DNA from: Sphyrna mokarran
Lineage: Eukaryota
NCBI GenBank assembly: GCA_024679065.1
Contig: JAGIQG010000016.1
Coordinates: 14,136,001 to 14,200,000, forward strand
DNA: 64,000 nucleotides
Direction of reading: 5' to 3'
The translations under genes were made by a program, and so were the position numbers. Below the pieces are notes generated by a model. That model was not told the origin of the DNA, did not search any database, and saw only the letters and a program-made list of their open reading frames with translations. Position 1 is the first letter of the stretch. The number at the start of each line of letters is the position of its first letter. This document shows, piece after piece, positions 53,931 through 64,000 of the stretch.

Positions 53931-54854
53931 TATTTTGACATTGTGAAATGCATACAATGGAATGTCGACAGGTGATTTTAAGTCGCTGATACTGCAGGAT
54001 AGCTTTCCAACAGCAAAAGAAGTGTGGTTGACAGGATATTTATTTCGATGGAGCATGTTACTTATTAATAAAAAAATCCTGAACAAAGCAGTTCTTTATG
54101 CACTCTAGTATATTCTATTTGGGTACTAATTAATCATTGCCTTGATTGACCTAAACATAATTCTGGAAAATCTTGAAAGTCTAAACATAACAACTTACAA
54201 GGAAGAAGCCTCTATGTTGATATGGCATCGTGTTAAAGGACATGCAATATGTTTCCGAGTTAGGAAAAATACTTTACCACTGAAATATTCAACAAGGCTG
54301 AATACCTGAAATTGAGTTTTGACCGGTGCAATGCAATGTTGCAATGTTGGCACTTTTGAGGTGTAAATGCCACGACAGAAGGAGACTTCACATGAAATTC
54401 GAGTTAAGTTATGGGACCCTTGGCATCTCTCTCAAAATGGACATCAGGCCTTGTTTAATCTCTCACCTGAATGACAGGAGCTCGAACAATTAATAATTAA
54501 CATTAATAATTCCAATATGGAATATTTTCTGAGGGTTATGGAATGAGACATCAGAGCACAATCCTCTGACTTAGAGTCTGTGGTGCTTTCAACTTTGAGG
54601 AAAAAAGAACACCGTTATTCTCACAGATGCAAAATTCCAGTAGTTCATTTAAGTTTCCTTTCAACTGTTTGGCTAAGTTTCATCTTGGAAACTATTTGAA
54701 ATAAATTGTGTTTTTTATTCATAATCAATTTGTGCCGTGATGAAGGAAGAAGGCATTTTAAATCGGAACGGGAGGTTGCATAGCACTCCTGGTTGGAATT
54801 GAATTGCACTTCCAGTTTCCAAATAATCAATTTTGACTTTTCATCCTCTTTCAG

Positions 54855-54881
54855 AAGAAGAGCTTAGTAGGACAGACAAAG
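54855..54881 (+). CDS. Microexon 20 (27 nt), EEELSRTDK
   Basis: tcatcctctttcag|AAGAAG...GACAAAG|gtaagg. Confidence 0.92.
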
Positions 54882-55129
54882 GTAAGGATAAGCCAACTGC
54901 GATGTGAGACATGAGTGGGAAATTCTGTCGACATCAGTTGTCGAACTCGCAAATATTGATCCCATTGACGATCATGGAGTTGAATATCATCATGTGTAGA
55001 GAATGGGAAATAGTAGTGATGTCGCCTGTTTTATCTCCACGTTGAAAATTGATTTTAAGTTGACTCTTAATTTCGTCTGTACTGTTAACTTCTTTCCTGC
55101 AATGTTATTGCGACGGTAATGATCCTTTT

Positions 55130-55830
55130 TTCATTCAGTTGCGCGAGTTATGCGTCAGTGGTTTGCCAGCATTTATTAGCAATCTCTAACTCACTTCAGC
55201 TGAGTGGCTTACACTCAGAAAGCATTTCAGAAAGCAGTTGAGAGTCAAACGCATTGATATGGCTCCGGGGTCATCCGGACTGTTTTGGACAGTGATAGCC
55301 TTTTTCCTAGGATGGAGAAAGCTAGCACGAGGGGACACAGCTTTAAAATAAGGGGTGATAGTGATAGGACGGATATCAGAGGTAGGTTCTTTACCTTAAG
55401 GGTGGTTCGGGAGTGGAATGCCCTGCCTGCGGCAGTTGTAGATGCGCCAAGTTTGGTGGCGTTTAAGAGGTTAGTTGATAAGTATATGGAAGAGAAGGGA
55501 ATGGTTTAGTTTGGAGGGTCATTGCTTTCTATATTGGTCAGCGCAACATCGAAGGCCGAAGGGCCTGTTCTGTGCTGTAATGTTCTATGAGTCAAATATA
55601 GGGTAAAGACAGCAGATTACGTTCCCTAAAGGACGTTAGTAAATCAAATGAGTCTTTGCTCCAATCGATAGTAGTTTCATGGTCATCAGTGCATTCCCAA
55701 TTCCACATTTTTTTATTGAATTCAAATTGCACCCCTGCTGTGGCGGCATTCGTACCCGGGTCCACAGACATTAGCTGAGCTTCTGGATTGATAGTCTAGC
55801 AATAATAAAACTCGGTGATTACCTTCCCCT
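55130..55830 (-). mobile_element. Deu/SacSINE-like SINE interrupted by a + strand CR1 3' fragment (55285-55590)
   Basis: Inserted piece DSDSLFPRMEKASTRGHSFK closely matches 5262-5570; SINE resumes after it. Confidence 0.85.
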
Positions 55831-56509
55831 ATAGTGGCATTGAATAGTAGAGAAAGCTGCGCATCAAAACTCCGACCCATTTACCCACCGAAATTAACCC
55901 CCTGCCTACTACAATTGTTCTATTTCTGCATTTAGATTAACTCATCCCTGAAAGAACCAGCAGCTTTCCCGTGCACTAGTAATTGGATAAACTGGAATAC
56001 AATGGGCATCTTCGTTGCTAAAAATAGACTGAATTACCTATGATCCTTCATTCAGATTCAGCCATGTATCCATATCGAACCAATTAGTGGATATTCCGGC
56101 GAATGTGAACTTTCCTGTGCTCCTCACGCACAATATGACAAATGGAGTTCAATAGAAGTGGATGACAGGCGCGGGGTGTAACAAAGTTCAAAGAAGACCC
56201 AAACTACATTTTCATTTGAAAGTGGAGAAAACGGTGAGGGTCGGGGGTGGGGTGTGATGGGGAGGAAGTGTGAGGGGATCTTATAGTCGGAACGTGTGAA
56301 AATTATTGCTTTCCGACATATGGTACAATATTAATTTAAAATGGGCAAGGAAAGCAACGTCTGATGAGGTTTATTAAAGGGTGATTCACGATCAAAGGTC
56401 ACTTCCTCTGATGCACTGACAATGCATTCCATCTCCTGCCTCCATATGGAGGATCTTATTTCATTTCAAGTCGTTTTTAGGAATGTCCAAGTGATATTGC
56501 AAAACAGAA

Positions 56510-58030
56510 ACCAGAATATTGATTCAGTGGGAGGAAGCAGAGGCTGATGGTCAAAGATTGTTTTGTGCCTGGAAGCCTCTGCCCAGTGGGGTGCCACAAG
56601 GATCGGTGCATTTCTGTTTGAAAAATCTAGATGTGAATTGAGAAATATGTTTCAAAGATCACAGGTGTCACGAAAATTGGTGGTGTGATAAATAGCGAGG
56701 TGGAAAACCTTAGATGCCATGTTAATATGGACAAGTTGAACAGCAGGTCAGAACATTGGTCGATGCAGATTAACCCTGAAGAACCTGTGGTGATGCATTT
56801 TGGGGGAACGAAGAAGGCAACGGAATACATAATGAAAGACAGAATGCTGGGAAGTACAGAGATGCAGAAGATTGCATGTCAATGACCTCTGAAGAGAGCA
56901 AAACATCAGGATTAGATGATTAAGAAGACATATCGGATAATTTTCTGTATTAGCCAAGGCACGAATTTTAAGAGTAGGGAGTGTACGATGCAGCTGTATA
57001 AAATAGTTATGACGCACGGTTCAGCAATAGGTTGCCAGTTTCTTTTTTGTACAATATACAAAAACACAAACATTTGAAGCAAGAACAGTCCACCAGGTCT
57101 TCAAGCCTGTCCTGCCACTCAGTACAATTATGCCTGATGTTGGTCTCGGCTTATTTTTCTGCCTTACTTCCCCAAAGCCTTCCATTCCTCACTCTGTCAT
57201 ACATTTATCCACCTCCAATTTAAATACTTCAAATGATTGAGCCGCCATTATTCTTCATACAGTGACTAATCAGCCTCCACGAGAAGAAATATATATGTAT
57301 CTCAGTTTCAAATGGTCAGCCCATTATCTTCTAGCTGCCCCCTTGTTCAGGACTCTCTTACTAGTGAAAACATATCATCATATATCTTTCAAAAAACCCT
57401 CAGGATCTTATATCTTTGGCTAACATCACCCTTCACGCTGCAAAACTCCAAGGATTACAAGCCCACACACTTGAATCTCTCTTGATAACACTCTTTGTCC
57501 AGATTGCTATAAGGAATGCGTGACAATAACAGACAGAGTACCCATCAAATTGTTGAAAAGGATTATGGATTGTGGAAAGGATAGATGAGATTTACAAGAA
57601 TAGTTCCAAGGATGAGAAACTTCAGTTCTGAGGATAAATTATAGGGAATGGCACTGTTGTCTTGGAGAGAAGAAAGCCAGGAGCAGATTTGTTAAGACGT
57701 TCAAATTCATAAGATAACTAGACAGAAAAGATGACGGGAAATTCTTCCAAGTCACAAAACGATAAAGAACGAGAAGGACACATTTAATGTGATTTGCAAA
57801 AAAAAACAATGTGAGACAAATACTTCGACACGCAATGAAACGTTTAGGTCTGCAATGCGCTTCTTTGAAAGAATGGTGGAGATAGCTTCAATTGAGGAAT
57901 TCAAGGGCGCTTTAGATTATTATTTGAAGAGAAAAAAAAAGTGCAGAGGTGCGAGAAAAGGGCAAGGACATTAAGTCATTGCGCTCATTTGGCTAGCTGA
58001 TGTGGACATGATGTGAAAACTGTATTCTTC
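56510..58030. mobile_element. Cluster of decayed CR1 fragments (+ 56510-57030, - 57060-57500, + 57560-58030)
   Basis: agtggggtgccacaaggatcggtg (SGVPQGS); VMHFG; later 3' motifs. Confidence 0.7.
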
Positions 58031-58519
58031 TGTAGCACAGTAATTCTGTGGTTCAATGGTATGCAGCTGATGTACAGCTATAGACTATATTCTGGAAACT
58101 GAGGTTGGGTTGTGTTTTACAAAAGGCTAAGGCACAACCAGCTAAGGGGTCTCATTCTATGCTTTCTGTGATGTGAAAAAAAATGCAATAGTCTAAATGA
58201 CCAACTATTGCCTCATCTCAAAGCGCAGCCTAACAAATGATTTTGAAGTTTGGTCAGTATTTCAGTAGTCAATAGCACACAACCTCATTGCAAAGGCAGG
58301 AATGAAAGAAGTGCCAAAAAATCAATTGTTTTGTTTCGTGATAGTATCTGTGCAATAGGCATTGTCCCAGGATACGGTCTGTCACCTTGCTTTGTTTTCA
58401 TTTTTTGGCTGTGGAACTTTCACATCTAGCTGAGACAGAAACTTAAGTTTGTCTCTTATCTTGCTACAAAAGGAGTACAGCTAAAGTTCTTGAGGCTGAT
58501 TCCTGTGACAGTAGGTCTG

Positions 58520-58945
58520 CTACATAAGGAAAGACTGAGTCAATTCGGATTAGATTCATTGGAGTTGAAAGAAGTGAGAGGCGTCTCATAGTAATATATA
58601 AATTTCTAATAGGGTTAAGCAGGGTAGATTCTGAAAGGATGTTCCCGTTGGTGGGGGAGTCCGGAGTAGCGGTCACAGTTTGAGAATAACCTTTTATATC
58701 TGTGGTAAGGAGAAAGTTGTTCACCCAGAGAGTCGTGAATGTGTGGAACTGACCAGCACAGAAAGTAGCTGAGGCCAAAGTATTATGTGATTTCAAGAAA
58801 AAAATAAATATAGCTCTTGGGGCTAGATGAATCAAGGGATGTGGGAGGGAGTGGAATCAGGATATTGAATTTGATGTTCAGCTATGATCATGGAGCAAGA
58901 TCGATGGGCCCAATGCCCGCCTACTGTTTCCAGTTTCTACGTTTC
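58520..58945 (+). mobile_element. CR1 3' fragment
   Basis: ttcacccagagagtcgtgaatgtgtggaac; tail cctactgtttccagtttcta. Confidence 0.8.
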
Positions 58946-59094
58946 CAGCAACAGAAAGACACGATCATTCATTCAATACTCAGTCACCAATGAATGTTCA
59001 AACTTTAGTATGTATGCGCATGCCTGGCATGGAGTTCGGACCTGTTATATTCAGAGTACAATTCACTTCAGCATTATTTATATTTAATTTTCAG

Positions 59095-59130
59095 AGCTGG
59101 AGAAACAAAAAACCGTTCTTGAAAATACAG
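59095..59130 (+). CDS. Microexon 21 (36 nt), ELEKQKTVLENT
   Basis: tatttaattttcag|AGCTGG...AATACAG|gtcagt. Confidence 0.9.
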
Positions 59131-60335
59131 GTCAGTGGAATGTCCTGGTTCCATACATTGATGCTGGAAAGGACATATATATGCTCCCCGTTTCTCCATT
59201 TGCCATTGGCTCAGTGAATTGTGATTCTGTTGTAGGCAGAAGAAAGAAAAGATAAGAGTGATTTTCTTCAATTTAAAGTGCTGACAGGAAAGAAATCCCT
59301 CACTGAAATTTCACACTGTGTCTCCCTCCTTTGGAAACCTGCAACGAGTATTTTTACGTTGCACCCTCGTGCCTATTGCCTCGTGAATGCGCTACAACTA
59401 GCTATTCCTGGTCATTAACTTTCATTGCAACAGCCTTTGTATTGGCATCGTGCGTATGATAGAAAAAGTAGAAATTTCATCGGCCTAATTATTGGCAATA
59501 CTTAAGATTTTTGCCTTCAATCTTCAACATTGCCCGTTTCCTCATCATGGAACCCATCCCTCTCCAGAACAACTTCCTGAGCTTCGAAAACGTAGCTCCA
59601 GGTTTGACGACAAGCTCAACTTTCAAAACTAAAATTGGCTCAATCGCCGCTATTGTTTCACTCAACGCTACCTGCCCCCAATCTCAACTTGTAACAGTGT
59701 ATTTCAGTGTTCCGCTTGAGCTTGCATTCTGATGATACCCTCGTACATTTAGTGCCTTTGTTATTTAGAAATTTGATTATTCCAATGTTCTTCTGGGCAA
59801 AGTACGATTATTCAAACACGTCTCTCGTTATCAATGCCAAATCACCAAAACACAGGCCCAGTTCCTTAACAGATATAAATTCCCTTTATCCATACCTCTG
59901 AGCTTATTGATCTGTTTAGACTTCTGCGATTACAAAAATTCAATAGAAAATTTTGGACCTAACATTAAAAGTCCCTTCATGGCCTTGCACGCCGCTAGTC
60001 ATCATTGCCTTCTGGCAGCACTGTAATCTTTCTGTGGTAGTCAAATACTAGCGTCGTGTGCACCCACAGTGCGATCGCAGCATTTGTTTTCTCTCCCTCT
60101 TCATCTTCCTTCTATTCTTGTCCATCTCTTTCTTATTTTTCTACTATACTGATTTGCAGATCTGCGTCTATTTCTGTCGTTCTTGTTACTTTTGCTATCA
60201 CTTTGTTCTTCTCCGCTTACGTTCCCTTCACCAAAAACTCTTTTCATTCCTTATTTTTGACGTCCTTCCCTATTTTGCTCTCGTCTACCATGTGCTTCAA
60301 TCAATCGTACGATTAATAGTAACTATTTATTTCAG

Positions 60336-60362
60336 AAAACAGTATGAAAGAAAACATTAAAG
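60336..60362 (+). CDS. Microexon 22 (27 nt), ENSMKENIK
   Basis: ctatttatttcag|AAAACA...ATTAAAG|gtaaat. Confidence 0.9.
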
Positions 60363-60509
60363 GTAAATGTAAAGCACCGCGTTCCCATACTAAAGTCAGC
60401 AGAAGGATGTTTCCTGATAACGAGCTGTATTGTCAAGAATCACATAGAATAATGTGGGATATGATACACCAAAGAAACAGCGCTGTCAGAGCAAATAACA
60501 AAGGGGTCA

Positions 60510-61190
60510 TTGAGATATACAGAACAGAAAGAGGTCTTTCGGCCCAACTCACCCATGTTGGCCAGGTGTCCAAAACTGAACTAGTCCCATTTACCTATAG
60601 TTGGCCCATATTCTTCCAGCCATTTCCCATCGATCTGTCAATCCTACAATGGTAGTAAAAAGAGGGTAATTTTACCCTCTTGCCTGGCAGTTCATTCCAT
60701 AAATGCACTGCACTCTGTGTGAAATAATTGCCTTCAGATCCTTTTAAATATTTGCTCTCTCAGATTAAACCAATACCATTTAGTTTTAAACTCCCCTATT
60801 CTGGGTAATGTACATTGTAAGAAGTCTCACAGCACCAGGTTAAAATCCGACAGGTTTATTTGGTAGTAAGCATTGCAAGCTTTTGGGGCTTCGTCAGGTG
60901 AGTGGAGAGAAATCGTCTGAAAGCTGGTGACGTTTACTACCAAATAAACTTGTTCGACTTCAACCTGGTGTTGTCAGACTTCTTACTGTGTTTACCCCAA
61001 TCCAACACCAGCAGCTCCACGTCATCATGTACCTTGACCCATTCATCTTATCTATGTCGCTCATGATTTTATAAAGCTCTGTAAGGTCAACCTTCATTAT
61101 GCTACATTTCAGGGAGGAAAAACCCAGCCTATCTAGCCTCTCCTTATAATTCATATGTCGAGTCCATGGCGATATCCATGCATTAAAAAA
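60510..61190 (-). mobile_element. CR1 3' fragment interrupted by a palindromic element
   Basis: MNYKERLDRLGFSSLK...VDLTELYKIMSDIDKM. Confidence 0.8.
60815..61025. mobile_element. Short palindromic element, probably Penelope-like-derived
   Basis: ~53-bp imperfect inverted arms 60817-60869 / 60934-60986. Confidence 0.7.
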
Positions 61191-61520
61191 ATCCATATTC
61201 CCTCATCTGACACTATCTGCAGAGGTCTATATTTTCGATTCCTCATATGGCTAGACTCCGTTTTTCGGTGAGAAGCAACTCATTTCGACAGGTATTCCTC
61301 ACAATGAATTCCAGACCTGATATTCATAACACATATTTCAGTGAAAACGTTGCCTCGGAATGACCTTGTGAAATAAAGATCTTTTTCACAAGTGAAAACA
61401 GTATTACTGTGTATTCTACTCAAAGCGTTCGTCACTTTTTGGGCCACCCTTATGCTCCTTTTTATTTCATTGGCAGCCCACATGCCAAAATAACGAAAAT
61501 GTTCTTTGCTTTTGCTACAG

Positions 61521-61556
61521 AAATAGATATGTTGAAGGAGCGTCTTCAGGATACAG
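61521..61556 (+). CDS. Microexon 23 (36 nt), EIDMLKERLQDT
   Basis: ctttgcttttgctacag|AAATAG...GATACAG|gtaaat. Confidence 0.92.
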
Positions 61557-61779
61557 GTAAATGGCAAATATTGATTAGGAGTGCATTTTGAAACTCAGCT
61601 TCAGTGAAGCAATATCTTCCAAGTGAAAATGTGCATATTCTAGAGGACGATGTTTCCCTTCACCCTATAGGACCAAGCAACATTTTGTCAATAACGCATT
61701 GTTTATTCTATTCAGGAGAGTAGGGATCATATGGGAACGTGCAGCTGTGCAACAAAATTGGGGCGAAATGTGGTCTAGT

Positions 61780-62120
61780 TGTAACTTCATTGAACTAGTC
61801 ATCAAACTGCTAAGACTAAAACGAGTTCAAGAGGTTGTTGATTCGGTTAAGAAAATCGGCAATGGAAAGTTAGCCTTAATAGTCGAGATCGTGGTGATTT
61901 CACTGACTGTCGTAAAAAAAACCATCTGGTTCATTATTGCCCTTCAGAAAAGTAGATCTGTCACCCGTAGCTGGCCTAGCCTACATGCGACTCCAGATCC
62001 GTACCAATGTGGTTGCAGTTTTACTGCCCACTAAAGTTGTCCAGCAATCCAGACTGTGCTAAGGCAGTTAGGAACTCACAAGAAATGCTGACTTTGTCGG
62101 TGGTGCTCAAGACACATGAA
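61780..62120 (+). mobile_element. Deu/SacSINE-like SINE
   Basis: accatctggttcatt...ctacatgcgactccagatcc...aatgtggttg. Confidence 0.65.
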
Positions 62121-63264
62121 ATAATCAAGAGCAAAAATATCAAAAATGGTCCACAGAACTCAAAATAGAGTCCAGCAACCGCACACAGAATTATAACCTA
62201 ACATTTCCACTCCTTGTTGTCATCGATGACCCAATCTGCAACAACATAACACAGTTGCATAAATTTCATTTCGCCACTAACATTGCCCTAACAATGAAAC
62301 TTTGAAAGATAAATATGGAATATATTCATTGATGAACGATTATCATCGTTTCACATGAGGAAGACACATACTCTCTGCTATACGATATCGAATACAGGTT
62401 CAAATGGCCTCGTAAATGGGGATCACGCCACTGCAGCAACAGTTTCAATAGAAGATGAGTGAAGCAAAGTTATAAATAATTATTACATCTGGCATTATGC
62501 TCCTCGCTAAATTGTATCAACTTGAATAGAAGTTAATATGGAGATGCTGACTAACTCTTAGTTATGCGATTCCACAACTTATTACAAATCAGTCAAGTTG
62601 GTTCTCAAACGATAAGGTCGGAAGCAAAACTTCAATTTAGAGAGGCGTCAACAAGGAACGCAATAAGAATCTAGGGCATTCATTGCTCCCAATGCGGTCT
62701 CTGCTACATGAAGTAGTGTGGAAATTAAGAGCTGCCTAAGTGACTGCTTTGTGGAATAACTTCGAACAGGGCGCGAGTGTTCCTATCCCTTGCTACTTCA
62801 TCTCAATATTTTGTTCTCATGCTCCTTTGAAGTCCAATTCAAACTGGAGTAACAGCAATACATGTTCCGATTGCGCATGTTATCATCTGTAAATTTCAAA
62901 ATTGAGTTCCAGAACTTTCGAATGTGACTGTTCTCTTCAAATTTGACGCCCTTTTTTCGAAGATCATTTTTTTCCCAACGCAACACGCTTACATCCACCC
63001 TTCCCTCTCCCCAACTGGGTTATTTGTCCCTACTTTTTGTGTCTGTTCTCTCTGAGCACTCAGCTTTACTTTTCAATTAACATATTATGCTATCCAATCT
63101 CAATGCCCCATAAGAACCTTCTACAGCTCTTTGCACAATGAATAACACTACCGTTGCTTCGTACGCTACGCATTCTCTATTCGCCCCCACCTAACACTAA
63201 CCTTCTACTCTTCTCCATCTGTTGCACCCACCCGTGTTCATAACAAATGCTCTAACTTTAGCTC

Positions 63265-63360
63265 TGGCGATGAATCACGTTCTCTCGAAATGTTAATTCT
63301 GCTGTTCTCTTCACAGATGCCACCAAGTCAGTTGAGTTGTTCCAGCATCTTCGGTTTTCA
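63265..63360. mobile_element. Short dispersed repeat resembling a Penelope-like terminal repeat (related pieces near 1850-1960, 4715-4765, 15130-15200, 43925-44030)
   Basis: tcgaaatgttaattctg...cacagatgc...gagttgttccagcat; family assignment from memory only. Confidence 0.5.
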
Positions 63361-63572
63361 CATGTAGCAGTCAATGTCGGCCATCTCTTGCAAAGCTTGT
63401 TTCCATAGAAGGGCGCAGAAACAAAACGTTGGCATCAGCAATTAGCGGAACGGTGGCACATCAGTAAAGAATATTTGAATGAAACGAAATAAGCTTGACA
63501 TGATAACAATGTTGATGTTAAGGAAAGAAGATAATAGTTCGGAAATAGATAAGCCTCACTATCTAAACCTCA

Positions 63573-63775
63573 GCTCCTCCGACATCTTTATATCCCGGCG
63601 GTAAATGCAAATCTACCCAATAGTAATAGGTGCTTGAGTTCCATGCTTGGATTTATCAGATATTTTTAAAAAGTTCTGCTACATATTCAACAGTAACCCA
63701 ACAAGGAGCTCAAGCACCCACCACTATTGGGCAGATTTTGCACCTACCACCGGGTTATAAAGACGTCAGACGAGC
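63573..63775. mobile_element. MITE-like foldback element
   Basis: ~78-bp imperfect inverted arms 63573-63650 / 63698-63775 with an AT-rich spacer. Confidence 0.7.
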
Positions 63776-64000
63776 AAGGATTTCGAAACCGAAGTTTGCG
63801 TATCTACTTGCTGCCTTTAATGGAAAATCAGCCTTCTGCCAATCTCAGTGATTGTGAATTGAAATGATGTCAACAATTACCTCCGAATCTTCTTTACCTG
63901 CTGCTCGCTAACGTGGATTTGTGCGTGTATGGTTTTGCATTGAATGGGCTCTCCAATCAAGCGAAATATGTTCTCTACATCTGCACGGATAAAATTCATT

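Larger units (their letters stand above)
1038..61556 (+). other. Partial multi-exon gene (start and stop outside window): 23 alternating 36/27-nt phase-1 microexons encoding a ~243-aa heptad-repeat coiled coil
   Basis: 22 of 23 exons have AG acceptors and all have G|GT donors; sizes alternate 36/27 without exception; joined frame has no stop: (E)IENVKKLVSEL DEELRKKKA EITALQNKMHNL DEKVNQNDK EVLKLKTNLSMA DEQLQIKTK GMEDLKRSLEEA ETKLRNKIK EIQKMKETVLEF DTRLESKDK EVEKIQNQFLDC EQRLNSKGK ALEKAKKEITDI ATKLSNKTK ELENEKNDAFDG EQRMLKKDK VIGKLKESITEL EQRFENKDK EISNLKASLQDA EEELSRTDK ELEKQKTVLENT ENSMKENIK EIDMLKERLQDT. Confidence 0.92.

Noticed and set aside
8765-61520. UGC motifs before acceptors suggesting SRRM3/4-type neural microexon control
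   Set aside because: Present near about 8 of 23 acceptors, which is not clearly above chance for a trinucleotide without a formal test.
63574-63600. 27-nt AG...GT segment where the next 27-nt exon is expected (APPTSLYPG)
   Set aside because: Proline-rich, unlike the consensus, and inside one arm of an inverted-repeat element; likely coincidence.

Overview
Eukaryotic, AT-rich, repeat-dense genomic DNA, most likely from a shark or other cartilaginous fish, judging by abundant CR1 LINE fragments and HE1-like and Deu/SacSINE-like SINEs. The long ORFs in the track are transposon debris or noise. The real signal is invisible to the ORF track: almost the whole window lies inside one + strand gene whose coding sequence is split into 23 microexons alternating strictly 36 nt / 27 nt (12 x 36 nt, 11 x 27 nt). 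All are phase 1-1, end in G before a GT donor, and are separated by 324-8448 nt TE-filled introns. Spliced, they give 729 nt of stop-free frame (243 codons) encoding a proline-free coiled coil, with one exon pair = 21 aa = 3 heptads. Start, stop and family-defining domains lie outside the window, so the gene is unnamed. One 27-nt exon has a CAC instead of CAG acceptor. Secondary observations: a hairpin around a branch-point motif, a probable CR1-SINE chimeric element, nested insertions and two inverted-repeat elements. Repeat boundaries and family names were assigned by eye and are approximate.
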